From the human T2T-CHM13v2.0 reference genome, Homo sapiens, in NCBI RefSeq assembly GCF_009914755.1, contig NC_060938.1: a DNA stretch of 64,000 nucleotides; one strand, given 5' to 3'. The translations under genes were made by a program, and so were the position numbers. The notes beneath the pieces were generated by a model. The model searched no databases. It had not been told where the DNA came from and saw only the letters and a program-made list of their open reading frames with translations. Below, piece after piece: positions 1 to 13,535 of the stretch. Position 1 is the first letter of the stretch. The number at the start of each line of letters is the position of its first letter.

Positions 1-69
1 AAAGGATAATCCCCCCAATCCATTATGCTACACCAGACAATGCAACAGCTTCTGACATTCACCGTTCCC

Positions 70-651
70 ACTCACCTCACCACTGCGATGGCTTCCTAAA
101 CTGGTCTCCCAGCTTCTCACTCTCCACCAGCTCCCTTGTATTCTCCACACAGTACCCAGAAAGATCTTACAACCCAAGCCACAGCTTGTCACTCCTGCTT
201 AAAACCTTCAGTGGCTTTCTGATGCACATGGAATAAAGTCCATACTCCACACCATGGCCTCCCTCCTCACTTAACAACAGTACACCCAACCCCCGGCTCA
301 CCACCCTCCTACCTCCCTGATCTTCCTTCAGTTTCACAGAAGCAAACCCTTGCTGACAAGGGGCCTTTGTGCTCATGCTTTTGTTCATGCTCTGCCCTTT
401 CCCCATTGGGAAATCCGGTAATAGCTCATATTTGATAGCTGGCTTAGATGTAACCTCCTCCATGAGGCCTCCTCTGACCACCCTATCTAACGTAGGTCCC
501 TTTCTGTTTACCTCCATCTCCTTTGCCTTGCTGTTTCCTGCCTCCCTGTTGGGCTGTAACCTCCATGAAGGGGAGGATCATGTCTGTCTTCATCATTATA
601 TCCTGAGTGTCCACCATGGTACATAGCACATGCTGAATGAATGAATGAATG
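70..651 (+). mobile_element. L2 LINE 3' fragment
   Basis: L2-like motifs (cactcctgcttaaaaccttcagtggct) ending in a (TGAA)n tail. Confidence 0.7.
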
Positions 652-729
652 TTCTCCACCCTCGCTCTTTACCCAGGTCGGACATCCTCCTTAACTGACT
701 CATTGTGAGCTACCTAGGCCTTTAGATGT

Positions 730-1153
730 TGATATAGTTTGGATGTTGTCCCCGCCCAAGTTTCACGTTGAATTGTAATCCTCAGTGTTGGAGGTGGGGT
801 CTGATAGGAGGCCACTGAATCATAAGGGCAAATTTCTCATGGATGCTTTAGCACTATCTCCTTGGTACCGTCCTCATGACAGTGGAGTGAGTTCTCACGA
901 GATCAGGTCATTTAAGTGTGTTCCACCTCCCCACTCTCTCTCTTTCTTGCTCCTGTTCTGGCCATGGGACACGCCTGCTCCCACTTCCCCTTCTGCCATG
1001 ATTGTAAGTTTCCTGAGGCCTCTCCAGAAGCCTAGCAGATGCCAGCACCATGCTTCCTGTACATGCAGAACCGTGAGCTAATTAAACCTTCTTTTTTTTA
1101 TAAATTACCCAATCTCAACTATTTTTATAGCAATGTGTGAGTGGCCTAATACG
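730..1153 (+). mobile_element. MaLR solo LTR (MSTB-like)
   Basis: Starts tgatatagtttggatgttgtcccc, has attaaacctt...aattaccca, ends ctaatac; near-TSD gatgt/tatgt. Confidence 0.85.
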
Positions 1154-3109
1154 TATGTCATGAACACACAATAGTTGTGTCAGACTTTGAAGTAGAAGAT
1201 AGAATATCTTGTATTCTTCATCAAAAGAGACTTTTACTTAAAATGTTCACAGGTCTGAGAGCCATGGCAGGATCAGGGCAAATCTGTAGGAGTTCACCAT
1301 CCCCTGCCCCTTCTTCAGCTGGCAGGCTGAACTCAGTGCTGTGGTTTTGGAACCCTGGCAAGTCTGAACCTAAAGTAAAGCGTGCTGTTTGGCACTCAGC
1401 TGTCAAGACAATACCTTCTACAAGTTGGTCAAAGGATTTCTGAGGAATGAGATTTCCCAGCCCTCTAAGGTCCCTGCAGTAGCAGCCCCTAATTCCTAGC
1501 ATCTTGGAGAAAGACTAGTTCTCAAGAATTTGAAACAAAGGGAAAGGTCAGGCCTTTGCAGGCATCTCAGTTAGCAGCTCTGCCTGGTGGGGGTCACTGA
1601 GGTACTAGGGAAAGGGAAGAGAGAACAGGAATATGCATGGGAGATCTGTAAAGTAGGTGATCTAAATTTGACTGTATGCTGGTCAATATCATATGACACC
1701 ATAACCTCTGCCTTATTCATTACCGGCTTTCAAGCATTCAGAGGTGGCTTTTCTGTCACTTTTGGGGGAAGAATCCACATAATCCTATCACCCAAATGTT
1801 GATCCCTGTTACTCTGCCCCCAACCCTGCCTCCCTAAACCCCTTCCTCTCCACGTTTTAGGACGCTGTATATTCCTTGTTCTCTTAGTCCTTCCAACCAC
1901 TTTTCCCATATTCCATGACTCTTCCTCCTACTCCTTAAATATGAATACTGGGTTTTCCTAGGATGAAGTCTTCAGTCCTCTTTTCTTTCCCCGTCTCCTC
2001 AGGGACCTTACTGTAACAGTTTCCATCTACAACTTTATGCTGATGGCTCCTCAATGGACATCTCATCCACTCACTCACATTCATTCCTGACATTTCAGTA
2101 GTGATTATGGGCTACATCTACAGGACTTCGATTTCAACAGGTGCAGAACTTAATTCTTCAGCTTCCGCAGACTGGTTTCCTTCTACCGGTGCTCCTGTTT
2201 CTATGCAAGAATTCACTGCTTATCACATCTCTGATAGGTGACCTTCTAGAAACCTCCTTTAAGCCATCCACCTCCTTCCCATCCTATGTTTAGTCCCACC
2301 AAGTCCGTGGATCTTTCTTTCCTTTCTCTCTGGGATCTGTCCTCATGTTAGAACTATTCAGTTGTAAGTTACAAAACCCCAACCAAATCTGGCTCAAGTA
2401 TAAAATAGATTTTATTGGATCACATCTCAGGAAAGTTGCATCTAGCCCCCTACCAGACATTTTTGGGAATGGCCTGTCTGTGCTTCTTGGCTGTATTGTC
2501 CTCTGTGTTGTTTTCACTGTTCGGCAAGTGTTTCCTCTGCAGTATTAGATGTGGAAGGTGAATGCTTTATGCTGTTTGCATGACTACATAAATTCCTATT
2601 CATTCCTATTCGTTTTCTACCAATAAAATTGAGTTCTACTGCCCTGCCATTTTGCTTTTAATGCTAAATCATGAAATTCCAGAGCTTGACCTTAAAAAGC
2701 AGCAAGTTTTCATATTTAACATAAAGAGTCTCAGAAAGAGATAAAGGAGATGTTTGCTCATCGGGAGGCTCCCCCAGGGAGAGAGACCTTTCTGCATTAT
2801 ACAACTTGTTCCAAAAATTCTGATTTCATGGGGTGTTCAATTGATAACATTCATTAGAATATAAAACCTGTTTTTCTGTGCACTGTAGAGACTTTTGTGA
2901 CTATTCCTGGTTATTACCAACTTGTTCTGTTCACTGTTTTCGGAAGACTAATTTGAACAAAGGCTTCTAGTAAAACTGCCAAGACTTTAAAAGTTGTTAC
3001 AAGTTGTGAAACTGTCCTTCAAAGAGCAACTTTTACCTCTGACTGGTTGCCTTTCTTGATAATGTGTTGCCCTGGCAATACCGTTGAAATGGCCACCTCT
3101 ACATTTCTG

Positions 3110-3347
3110 CAACCATATATGCCCTTGCAAATATTTTAGGTTTTGTGAGTCATGTGGTCTATGTTGCATTTATTCAACTCTGCCCTTGTAGCACCAAAGC
3201 AGCCAGTTAGCAAATGGGCATGGCTGTGTTCCAATACAACTTTATTTATGTACACTGAAATTTGAATTTTATATAGCTTTCACATGTCATAAAATATTAT
3301 TATTCTTTTGATTTTTCAACCATTTAAAAATATAAAAACCATTCTTA
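3110..3347. mobile_element. MER58-like hAT-Charlie fragment
   Basis: tcaactctgcccttgtagcaccaaagcagcc...ggctgtgttccaatacaactttattta. Confidence 0.7.
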
Positions 3348-3829
3348 TCTTGGTTTTTTTTTTTTTGAGTACTCCATCTAGAAATCTCTTTCCCCAGATA
3401 TTTGTGTGGCTAACTTCCTTACCTCCTTCTAGGCTTTCCTTACACTTCACTGTCTCAATGAGGCCCAACCTGACCATCTTGTCTAAAACTGCAACACCCA
3501 TTATATCCCCACCGCTATTTGTTGCCCCCCTTACCTTGTTATAATTTTCCTATAGTACTTAGAACCTTCTGAATAGTAAATAATGTATTTATTTATTATT
3601 GTACTGTTTGTCTTCCCTTGCCCAATGATAAGCTCCCTGAGGTCAGGGTTGTTGTGTTTAAGCTCTCAGATGACTCCAAAATGCCTACAAGATTGCCTGG
3701 CATGTAATTGACACTCTAAACACTTTACTGAACAATTCAACAGATGAATTAATAGCCTGTCAAACCTATGATCAACCATTAGATTGGAGTTCAGGTCATT
3801 TGATAATAAAAGTTGATTTCCAGATCCTT

Positions 3830-4115
3830 CCACCAAAAAGACACATGCATTCTCATGTTCATTGCAGCACTGTTCACAATAGCAAAGACGTGGAATCAAC
3901 CTAGATGCCCATCAGAGGCTGACTGGATAAAGAAAATATGGTACATATACCCCATGGAATACTATGCAGCCATAAAAAGAACAAATATTATGTCCAAATT
4001 TGCAGCAATATGGATGCAGCTGGAGGCCGTTATCCTAAGCAAATTAACACAGGAACAGACAACCAAATACCACAGGTTCTCACTTATAAGTGGGAGCTAA
4101 ACACTGGGTACTTAT
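3830..4115 (+). mobile_element. L1 (L1PB-like) ORF2 3' end fragment
   Basis: Translates ...MFIAALFTIAKTWNQPRCPS...YHRFSLISGS*, the L1 ORF2 C-terminus. Confidence 0.9.
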
Positions 4116-4876
4116 GAAAACACACACACACAAAAGTTGGTTTCCTTTTCTTGAAGTATACAGAGGGCTTGGTCTTCAGAAATGGAATTATGTAAGATTC
4201 ACTTACTGTTGGACACTCCATTCAGAATAGGTCAAAGAACTCCTTCAAATTCAGAGAAAAAAAAAGATAACTGGGTTTTAACATAAAAAATGGATTAATA
4301 TTTATTTTATACTTCTTTCCCAAAGTTTGCTTTATCCCCTGCTCAAGTATCCCCTGACACTTTAGCATTCTGCATCATCTGAATCTTCCTCCAACCTCCC
4401 CACTCCTGGTGGTGGCCGGGGCTGATGACTAGGGACAGTCTTAAGTTGCTGACAATGGGGACCCTGAAGTGGAAAGACTAGGCCAGGAGCAAACAACTTC
4501 ATTTTTTGCCTTGAAAGGTCAATTTCAGAAAACAAATGGTAAGAGATGTTTTTCCTTATTTTTTTAAAGAAATTCATGGTCTGCAATTGTATTTTTCCCC
4601 CTTTTTAATTTATTATTTATATGTAAGTATTTATTATTTTCCCTTCCATGATTGGTTCATTTTTTCATTTTTTGGTTAGTATTTCATTAATTATACAACT
4701 AGCATGCACTACAATATGAGATTATAGCCATATCTTTGATCAAATTTTGTTGGAAATGAGACACTCTTGAACTGATTTTCTTGATTCACTCTATAAGCAC
4801 CTTAATTGAAAAATACAGATTATCTTACAGTGCCCCCTTAAAACTAAAGCTGTATTCTAGCCTCTGTACTTCTTTT

Positions 4877-5185
4877 TATTATTATTATTTTTGAGATGGG
4901 GTCTTACATGTTGCACAGGTTGGTGTGATCATGGCTCACTGCAGCCTCAACCTTGCAGGCTCAAGTGATCCTCCCACCTCAGCCTCCTGAGTAGCTGGGT
5001 CCACAGGCACACACGAGCATGCCAGGCTAATTTTTCTTTCTTCTTTTTTTTTTTTTTTTAGTTTTAATAGAGACAAAGTCTCACTATGTTGCCTAGGCTG
5101 GTCTCAAACTCCTGGGCTTGAACTATCCTCCCACCTCAGCCTCCCAAAGTGCTGGGACTACAGGCATGAGCTTCTGCACCTGGCC
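4877..5185 (-). mobile_element. Alu (AluJ-like)
   Basis: Reverse Alu dimer with TSD tgtacttcttt. Confidence 0.9.
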
Positions 5186-5769
5186 TGTACTTCTTTGTAG
5201 TACATTTTATATTTCTTGTAATTCACTTACTCTTTCTAACTCCAGATTATAAGTATTTATTTACACATCTATATTTGTCATTATACTTAAACTTCCTGAA
5301 AATAGAGACTGTAGTTTACTCATTTGTATGCTCCTCAGATCCTAAGTGTTTAATTAAAATCTTAATTAATGAAATGAAATGAAACGTACATAGTTGGCTT
5401 ACCCCCAAGAATTTCAATAGCTCCCCTTAGCTTGCCATGAGAGGCTTTTCCTTATCAGAGCCCTGCCTTTGTCTATAGTCTTATCAGCTGTCATTCCCTC
5501 TCACCCTCCAGCCCCTATAAGCTCTAGTCCCTCTGGGCCATGCTGTTGCTCATTTCTTGCCTTTATACATCCTCTTCCCTCAAACTAGGTTACCCTTTTG
5601 ACTGCATGGTGAATGCCTCACCATCTTCAAGCCTTAGTTTATACTTATCTGTTTATTGTTTCCCTCATTAGCCTTTTAAACTCCATGAAAATAGGGGCCT
5701 GGTCTGTCTTGTTCACTGCTCTCTCTCCACTGTCTGAAAAGCAAGTAGAGACTGGATCAGGAAAGATCT

Positions 5770-6130
5770 TAAATACAATAAGGAGTTTTGATTATTTCTA
5801 GGGGGTAACCAGGAACCACTAAAACATAAGCAGAGAAAGTTATGTACAGGTTTTTGCTTTAGAAAAATCTCTCTCATCGCTGTATGGAGGAATGGTTTGG
5901 AGAACGCAGGACTGGCCCTAAGAAATCAATCAGATAATTAGAGTAAGCAAAAGTGATGAGGATCTGATCTGTGGCTGTATCAGTGGGGTCCGAAAGGAGG
6001 TGAGGGATTTGAGAGTTAGGAGAGACAGAATGGCAGGAATTGGTGACCTACTGGATGCTGTGACCGAGGGTGAGGGGGAGTGAGGGACGATCTCGGCTTC
6101 AGATTTCACTCTGGCTGAGGATATCTGGAA
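5770..6130 (-). mobile_element. L2 fragment
   Basis: Reverse L2 motifs (ttttgctttagaaaaatctctct...ggcaggaattggtgacctactggatg). Confidence 0.6.
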
Positions 6131-6389
6131 CGATCGCATCGTATTAACAATTGTATGTTTACCTGTGGATCACTCCCAATTAGTCTGAAAGCATCTTACT
6201 ATAGGGACCTTGCTTTGTAGTCTTTGTATTACCAGTGTTAGAAGAGCACCTGTTATGTAGGAGGAGTAATAAAATGAATGAATGCACTCAAAACACTAAA
6301 CAGTAATTCTGTAATCCAACGGGAGGTACAGCGAATACCAAAAGCCTACATATACTATTCTCTGCATGCTATAGCAAGAAAGAAAGGAA

Positions 6390-6930
6390 AGTGGCTTCCC
6401 GGTGGTTTTCTGCCTATTGTACAACCAGGAAGCTGACAATAAAGTTTATTTGAGCGTCGACGTGCGCCGACGTGGCCCCGCCTCCCCAGCCGGAGCCGCG
6501 ATTGGTGGGCATTTGCCGGCGGCCACCGCTTTTAAGCCACGATTGGCGAAGGCCGCCGTCATTTCGGAGCGACTCAGCGCCTGCCCGCCCTCTCGCCGCG
6601 TCGCCGGTGCCTGCGCCTCCCGCTCCACCTCGCTTCTTCTCTCCCGGCCGAGGCCCGGGGGACCAGAGCGAGAAGCGGGGACCATGTTCCGACGCAAGTT
6701 GACGGCTCTCGACTACCACAACCCCGCCGGCTTCAACTGCAAAGGTGAGGCGGCGGCCTCAGCCCGGCCGCGTGTCCCTGACCTGGGCGGAGGTCCCAGC
6801 CTCAGTGCCCGCACCCCACCTCCCCGTCGGGACCCTCGGCGGCCTGGTTTCCGCCGGCAGCCTCCGGGCCCCTCTCCTCTGGGTCGCCACGTACCTCGGC
6901 TCTTCGCCGCCCCTTCCCGCCTTTAAAGCC
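6390..6930 (+). promoter_or_regulatory. RTRAF: CpG-island promoter and 5' UTR of RTRAF
   Basis: CpG-dense, GC-rich stretch. GC box ccccgcctcc 6476-6485, two inverted CCAAT boxes (ATTGG 6501-6505, 6542-6546), ETS-like caggaag 6426-6432, GACGTG motifs ~6459-6474, Kozak gggaccATG at 6684, no obvious TATA box. Confidence 0.9.
6684..6744 (+). CDS. RTRAF: RTRAF exon 1 coding part
   Basis: ATG 6684, MFRRKLTALDYHNPAGFNCK+G, donor AAG|gtgagg. Confidence 0.97.
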
Positions 6931-7949
6931 CTCTCACCTACTCCTGTCTCGGCATGTTACTTTCTGCACTTGCTTAACTCCAAGCATCACGTAACTACCT
7001 TCTCTGTACATAAAAGGGAGAGCATTCGTCTTTCTCACTCACTATTCAACTCCATGGTTCCCTGGGTAATTAGGCGATACCTTGAGCACCTGCTAATTAT
7101 GGGCCAGCGCGGTGCTGGATTCTGAGGAAGGTGCTGAGTAACTTGAAGACTAGTTCACTGCCTGCCAGGAGCTAAAGGGACGAGGGGTGGAAGCAATCAG
7201 AACCCACTGAGCAGTTTGAGACAGTACACAATGAAATCAGGACCGATCACAGTGGGAGGGTAAGCGCGTGTAGTAACGGGCTAGTTGTGTTATGTGGTGT
7301 TGCAAAAAAGTTAATAGCAGATGAGTGGGAAGGTTGAATTGTGAATACAAAGGTATTTGGGATTTTACAGCATTAGAATTTTAAAAAGTAATAACGTTGC
7401 TACTCACTGTAACTAAACTGCTACCCACCACTACTCGTTTCCTTTGTATAGTTGTGGCCTGTGATAGACTGGTAAGTTTGAAAGTGATCAAGTATAACTT
7501 GTGATACTCAGACCACTGTGTAATTCTCAAGACCTTATAATGGAAGCTTGAATTTGACTCACAAATTGAAAATAATTTCTAAGCAGGATGACAGTGTTTT
7601 GTTGATCGCCTGTAGAAGCATATCAAATTATAATCTATTGTTTTTCTACTTTAACAAAAAAGTATCAGTGACAATAGAGCCTTGTTCTGGATTGGAATCT
7701 TTGAGTCTCAATGTTCTTATCTGTAAAATGGGATATTACCTACCTCAAAAGAGGTATGGGGAGGATTAAACGAAACAATTATGCACTTAATGTGCAGTTA
7801 ACATTCCATGACAACAGTTGTCACAGTGTCTTTTTTGTCATTTAATTTCTTTTACTTATTATTTTGTTGTATATTTTACTTTATTACTTTGCTATAAATT
7901 TAACCTTGCCCTCCTTCCCCTTTCTGTCCGCAAAGGAACTGGAATATTA

Positions 7950-8220
7950 ATATGTAACACTTAAATAGCAAAACTATGTGCCAGGCACTGTTTTTATCCG
8001 TATTTATTTTATTTAAGAAACTTCTTAAATAAAACAACTTCTTTTAATCTTCATAACTCTATGAGGTAAGTTCTATTAGCACCCTCATTTTGTAGCTGAA
8101 GAGTCTGAGGCACAGAAAATGTGGGTGATTATCCCAAGTTCACACAACCAGTAAGTATCTGGACCCAGGATTTGAACAGATCATTGTTAATCTGTACTTT
8201 CAACTCCAGAATCTGTACTT
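7950..8220 (-). mobile_element. MIR
   Basis: tatgtgccaggcactg...cctcattttgtagctgaagagtctgaggcacaga core. Confidence 0.7.
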
Positions 8221-8360
8221 TCAACTCCCTCTTTTGGTTCAATTAATTTAGTATTTTGAAGTTAAGAAAATTCCACAAGAACATATATCTGAACATATAC
8301 CTGAGAAGGAGGTATTTTATGTAGTGCTTCTAGTTATTTATGTGATATTTTTTATTGCAG

Positions 8361-8485
8361 ATGAAACAGAATTTAGAAACTTCATCGTTTGGCTTGAAGA
8401 CCAGAAAATCAGGCACTACAAGATTGAAGACAGAGGGAATTTAAGAAACATCCACAGCAGCGACTGGCCCAAGTTCTTTGAAAAG
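8361..8485 (+). CDS. RTRAF: RTRAF exon 2
   Basis: ttattgcag| (D)ETEFRNFIVWLEDQKIRHYK...WPKFFEK |gtaatg. Confidence 0.97.
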
Positions 8486-8828
8486 GTAATGAATTAGGAA
8501 GTAAAGTAAAAATACAGAGAGTTTGTCTGAAAAATCATGAAGATGAGCTTAAAATTACTTTCTTCTTTTAAGAAAAAAATGATAATGATCAGTGTTAGGA
8601 AAGCTGGATTTCAGGGATTTTGCTTTTTTCTTAGATGTGTCTTTTGCTTTTAGAGCAAATTATTTTATGTCTTCCTACCAAGCTTTCAGTATTAGGTAGA
8701 AATAGTTTTCTCTAGAAACATGAAGTTTCTTAAATAAATAATGATGTAAATATTTCGCTTTCCCTTTATGGCCCAAATCAGAATTTTTGTTAAACACAGT
8801 ACTATTTCTTATATTAAAAGAAGACATT

Positions 8829-9058
8829 GGCTAGGTGTGATGGCTAACACCTATAATGCCAGCACTTTGGGAGGCTGAGGTGGCAGATCATTTGAGCTCA
8901 GGAGTTCTGACAGCAGCCTGGGCAACATGATGAAACCCTGTCTCTACAAGAAAATAGAAAGTTATCTGGGTGTGCTGGCCTGTGTCTGTAGTGTCAGCTA
9001 ATTGGGAGGCTGAGGTTCTCCAGCCTGGGCGACAGAGTGACACCTTGTCTCAAAAAAA
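8829..9058 (+). mobile_element. Alu (AluJ-like, right arm internally deleted)
   Basis: ggctaggtgtgatggc...; TSD aagacatt. Confidence 0.9.
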
Positions 9059-9792
9059 GACATTATTGAGATGCTTGAAAACCAAGACTGTCGTGTTTAT
9101 GCTTATATTTAATGTAAACAGATATCCCTTGTTGTATGCTAGGGAAATAGTCCTTAAATGATCTCTGGTATATCATATTTTTGTGCCTTGAATCATTTTC
9201 CCATTGATTTAGTTTTAGTAACACTTTTGCATAAAAAAGAATTCTCAGATTAGAATAAAAATGCTTTTAGTGTCATTTCTTACATTAAACATTTTCATCA
9301 GTTATATTTGATGAGTGAGATATTTTTCTTGAAAAAGGCTAAGTTTTTCATTTGCGAGAGCAGTGTGATTAGGCACTTTCTCCCTAGAATCAGTGATTTT
9401 ATAAATTAGGGATTGTATAAATTACATCATTGTTATTAACCTTTCCGTGTCTCAATTTTTTCATCAATAAGTGAGGGTAACAATGATACCTATCTCATAA
9501 GTGTGGCTTTGTTTTTAATGAGTAATTGTTCACAGAAGTCCCTGGCGCATAGCAAGTGTGATAAGCTTATTACTGCCAATGCCTCTATACTACTACTATT
9601 AATACTACTGTATTCTTTTCCTTTGCTCTTAGAAAATATTTTTAAAATTTTCAGTGGACTTCTTAAAACTTTGAAATATATTTTTAGGATTTTATGTTTG
9701 TTTATATTACATTTTATGGTCTATTCATGTGTACAAGACAGTACAGAATTCTGCATGTAGAAAGGTATCTGGAGAATATAAAAAATTGTCTA

Positions 9793-10085
9793 GGCTGGGC
9801 ACGGTGGCTCATGCCTATAATCCAAGCAGTTTGGGAAGCCAAGATGGGTGGATCACCTGAGGTCAGGGGTTCGAGACCAGCCGGGCCAACGTGGCGAAAC
9901 CCCGTCTCTACTAAAAACACAAAATTAGCCAGGTGTGGTGGCGCATGTGTGTAATCTCAGCTGCCCAGGGGGCTGAGCCAGGAGAATCATTTGAACTCAG
10001 GAGGCGGAGGTTGCAGTGAGCCAAGATTGTGCCATTGCACTCCAGCCTGGGCAACAGAACAAGACTCTGTCTCAAAAAAAAGAAA
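9793..10085 (+). mobile_element. Alu (AluS-like), followed by a TG/TA/CA microsatellite to ~10127
   Basis: Full Alu dimer ggctgggcacggtggctc...ctgtctcaaaaaaa. Confidence 0.95.
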
Positions 10086-10766
10086 TATGTATGTATGTGT
10101 GTGTATATATGTACATATACACACACGTATTTCTGATGTGAAACACCTGGAATGACAGTAAGAATAATTTCAACATATCAGAACCTAAACAGTTATTATC
10201 CTTCAAGTTGATTTTATTATAATCTTATATTACATATAATTAATGTTACATATAATACTATTATATGCAACATTTATTTGAATATACAGCTTCTGACATT
10301 TATTTAAATTACTTGGTTACACCCTACATGTATGTTACATGGCTACTCTTTTCAGTGGCATTTCCATAATATGAAAGTTAAGGTTTAGATAGATAATGAT
10401 TTATTGTATATCCTTTTTAAAGTTATTCTTTTTAGTTAATTGCTCTATGTGTATTGAGACTAGGAATCAGAAAGCTTAGATTCTAGTCCCAGGTGTAAGT
10501 TGTGTAACCCTTGGCAAGTGTCAATCTCTAGGCCTCAGCTTTCTCATCTATAAAATGAGGAAGTTGTCGTATTCTATTTTTTTTCTTAAGATGATACACT
10601 TAAATGTTCCCTTCTGTTGGGTTATATAATTGCATCAAAAGTGTAGTAATGTTATTAAAAAATTGTTAGAGATCCAAACTAAGGTCTCTTTCAACTCTCC
10701 CATTCTTTTTTCTGTGACTTTATGGTAATAATGAAACTGGTGGTTTTCTTTTCTTCCCCCTCACAG

Positions 10767-10866
10767 TATCTCAGAGATGTTAACTGTCCTTTCAAGATTC
10801 AAGATCGACAAGAAGCTATTGACTGGCTTCTTGGTTTAGCTGTTAGACTTGAATATGGAGATAATG
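10767..10866 (+). CDS. RTRAF: RTRAF exon 3
   Basis: ccctcacag| YLRDVNCPFKIQDRQEAIDWLLGLAVRLEYGDN |gtacgt. Confidence 0.97.
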
Positions 10867-12184
10867 GTACGTTTTGTGGGGAATGTGTATTTTAAAGAGA
10901 GAGGAAAGATGGGAAAGGGAGTGTGAAAATGTAGGGAACTTTGCAGTTTGTTTTGTCTAGTACTATTTTACCTTTGGTTTATTCTTATCACAAGTTAAAA
11001 GCACTTTTATTGTCTTTCATTGGTGTTTATATATTTCTGTTAGAATTTGGAAATGGTGCCCTCTGGAGAAGGCTAATTGACTGTCTTCTCACAGAGTAAC
11101 ACTACTTTGATAATATGGTCTGCACCTTAGCCTTTCAAATTAAATTGTTTTTAGTGTCCCAGAATTGATGGGACTTTGAAGTGTTGTTGCAGTAGGTAAT
11201 TTCTCAAAAGACTGAAACATGTCTAATGCCAATATACATTAATACTCTATAGGCCAGAATATATTACTTATGTTTACTGTCTTAGCACAGATACTTCTAT
11301 GGTTGGAAGCTTCTGAATGTTAGTACCTATAGTAAAAACAATTTTTCTTTAAACGGGTGTTTTCTCTTATTAGACCATTTCATTTTGAAAGGCCTGCCAA
11401 CATCTAAATGCAAGATTTGATTATCTTATCTGCATCCCCTGCATTTTGTGTTTTTCGGTTAGTTACAGTCTTCTTAATTATTTACTTTGGAAGCCTTTTT
11501 ATATCTTGGCTTATCCCTTTCCCTTCATCCCACCTACACTGACTTTTTCTCATGTTTGTTGTATCTTCATTCCCATTGGCATAATCCTAATTCAGGCTCT
11601 TGTCACTTTCTGCCAGGAGTATTATAATATCTCCCATTAGTGTCACCTTCTGTTCTTAACTGCATGGCCAACCAAGCTAACTTTCTGAAACGTTAATCTA
11701 TTTTAGGATGCCACTTACTCCTTGTTTCCAAAGAACAGTTCCAGTTACATATTCATATTAATAAACATACATATCCATAAACACTAATTTCCCATTTTCT
11801 ATAAAAAGAATTTTAAGCTCCTTAGCATGGTAGTTAATGATGACTGATATCCAACCTGTATTCACATCTTGACATCCCAGCTAAATTAGAATAATAGTGC
11901 TTCCTGTTTATATCCCATTTCCCCCTCTGTTTCTTTGTTCACACTTTTCCCTTGGCTAATATACCATTTCATTCTATCTACACATCTAAATCCTACCCAT
12001 CTTTTTAAGATCCATCTCATATGCTGTCTTATGTCTTAGCAGCAGTATAATTTCCCTCTGAACTTCCATAGCTTTTAACCCTATACATTTTAAGTCATTA
12101 ACCACTTTCCATTTTGCTTCTATGTCTTATTCGTCCCAGTAATTTGTAAACTGATACTCAGCTTTGATTCCTACATGGTACCTC

Positions 12185-12647
12185 TCTTAGCTTCCAATTG
12201 ATGCTGTAACAAATTACTACAAACTCAGTGACTGAAAACACAATTTATTATTTTAGAATGAGAAGGCCAACATTAGCCTCACTGGGTTCATGTCAAGTTG
12301 TCAGCAAGGCAGGTTCCTTTTGGAGGCTCTCGGGGGAATCTGTTTCTTTCCTTTTTTAACTTCTAGAGGCTGCCTGAATTCCTTGACTCTGGCCCCTTCT
12401 TCCTTCTTCAAGTCTAGCAGCATAGCATTTTCCAGTCTCTTATCTGATTCTGCTTCCATTGTCATAACTTTGTCTCTGGCTCTGATCCTCCTGAGCCCAC
12501 CTGGATAATCCAGGATAATCCCCTATCTCAAGATCCTTAATTTTATCATATTTGCAAATCTTGCCATGTAAGGTAACACATACACAGGTTCCAGGGATCA
12601 GGACATGGACATCTTGGGGGGTACAGGTCAATATTGTGTCTGTCACA
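12185..12647 (-). mobile_element. MaLR LTR (MLT1C/D-like)
   Basis: gctgtaacaaattactacaaactcagtg...ggataatccaggataatc...aaggtaacacatacacaggttccaggga. Confidence 0.8.
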
Positions 12648-13535
12648 GTACCTGACATAGTTTCTTGCACACAACAGGTGCTTATCAATTTCAGTAATGT
12701 GTGGCGAATGCAGTATATGTGAGTGTTTACATACACTGATTTGGAGCATCAGCCAATTTTTTGCTGATGCCTCAGACTTAAATTTCAGAAGCCTTATGGC
12801 AAAAATCTTAAGGAAAGCTCAATTTGAGACTTCGTTTACTTTTCCATTTAATTTAAAAAAAAAAAACTTTTCTTTCTTTAGAAAATACATGTATTCATAA
12901 GCCTTATGGCTTTAGTGTAGTATTGATTTTAGGGCCTTTAACAAGGTCTTTTTATCTACCCTGCTCTGGATTGGTAGGAATTGTATATGAGCCAATTTGT
13001 AGCTTATCAAAACTGTTTTTCATTTATTCCCAAATTCTTACATCTCAGTTTATTTGTTTTATTCTATTTGTTCCATTTTTATAACCCGTTAACCTTCAAT
13101 GGTAGATGCATATGGTCATGTATACCTGCAGTTGACTTTAGTAAGTACATGTATTTCTCAGTAATAGCATGTTCTTTTAGTGAATAAAAGAAGCTTGTGT
13201 GTGGAATGTAAATTTTTCAATATTGAAAAAGGAAGTCAACATATACTTGAAGGTGAATGGTATCAAAAGTATATTAAAAGTCTAAGCTAGAAAACAAGTT
13301 TTGTTTATTAAAATTCAGAATTGCAAAAACAGACTTGAAAATTGGTCAAATAATACTGTCTCTAATCGGTAGGAGGCGCTGATGTTCTTTTGTGGTTTTA
13401 CATTGATATGTTGCCTCCTTGACTTTTAAGTTACTTATTTTAAAATTTGCTGAAACCATTGTGAGTTTTTATTATTTGCGCTCTACTATTTTTTGAAGCC
13501 TTTTGGTAGCTTGTCAACATGATCAATAACTGAAA

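Noticed and set aside
3813-4100. 95-aa ORF with protein-like sequence
   Set aside because: L1 ORF2 C-terminal remnant, not a host gene
6402-6926. 174-aa ORF across the promoter
   Set aside because: Non-ATG start; GC-rich open frame containing only the 20 true RTRAF exon-1 codons, then running into intron 1
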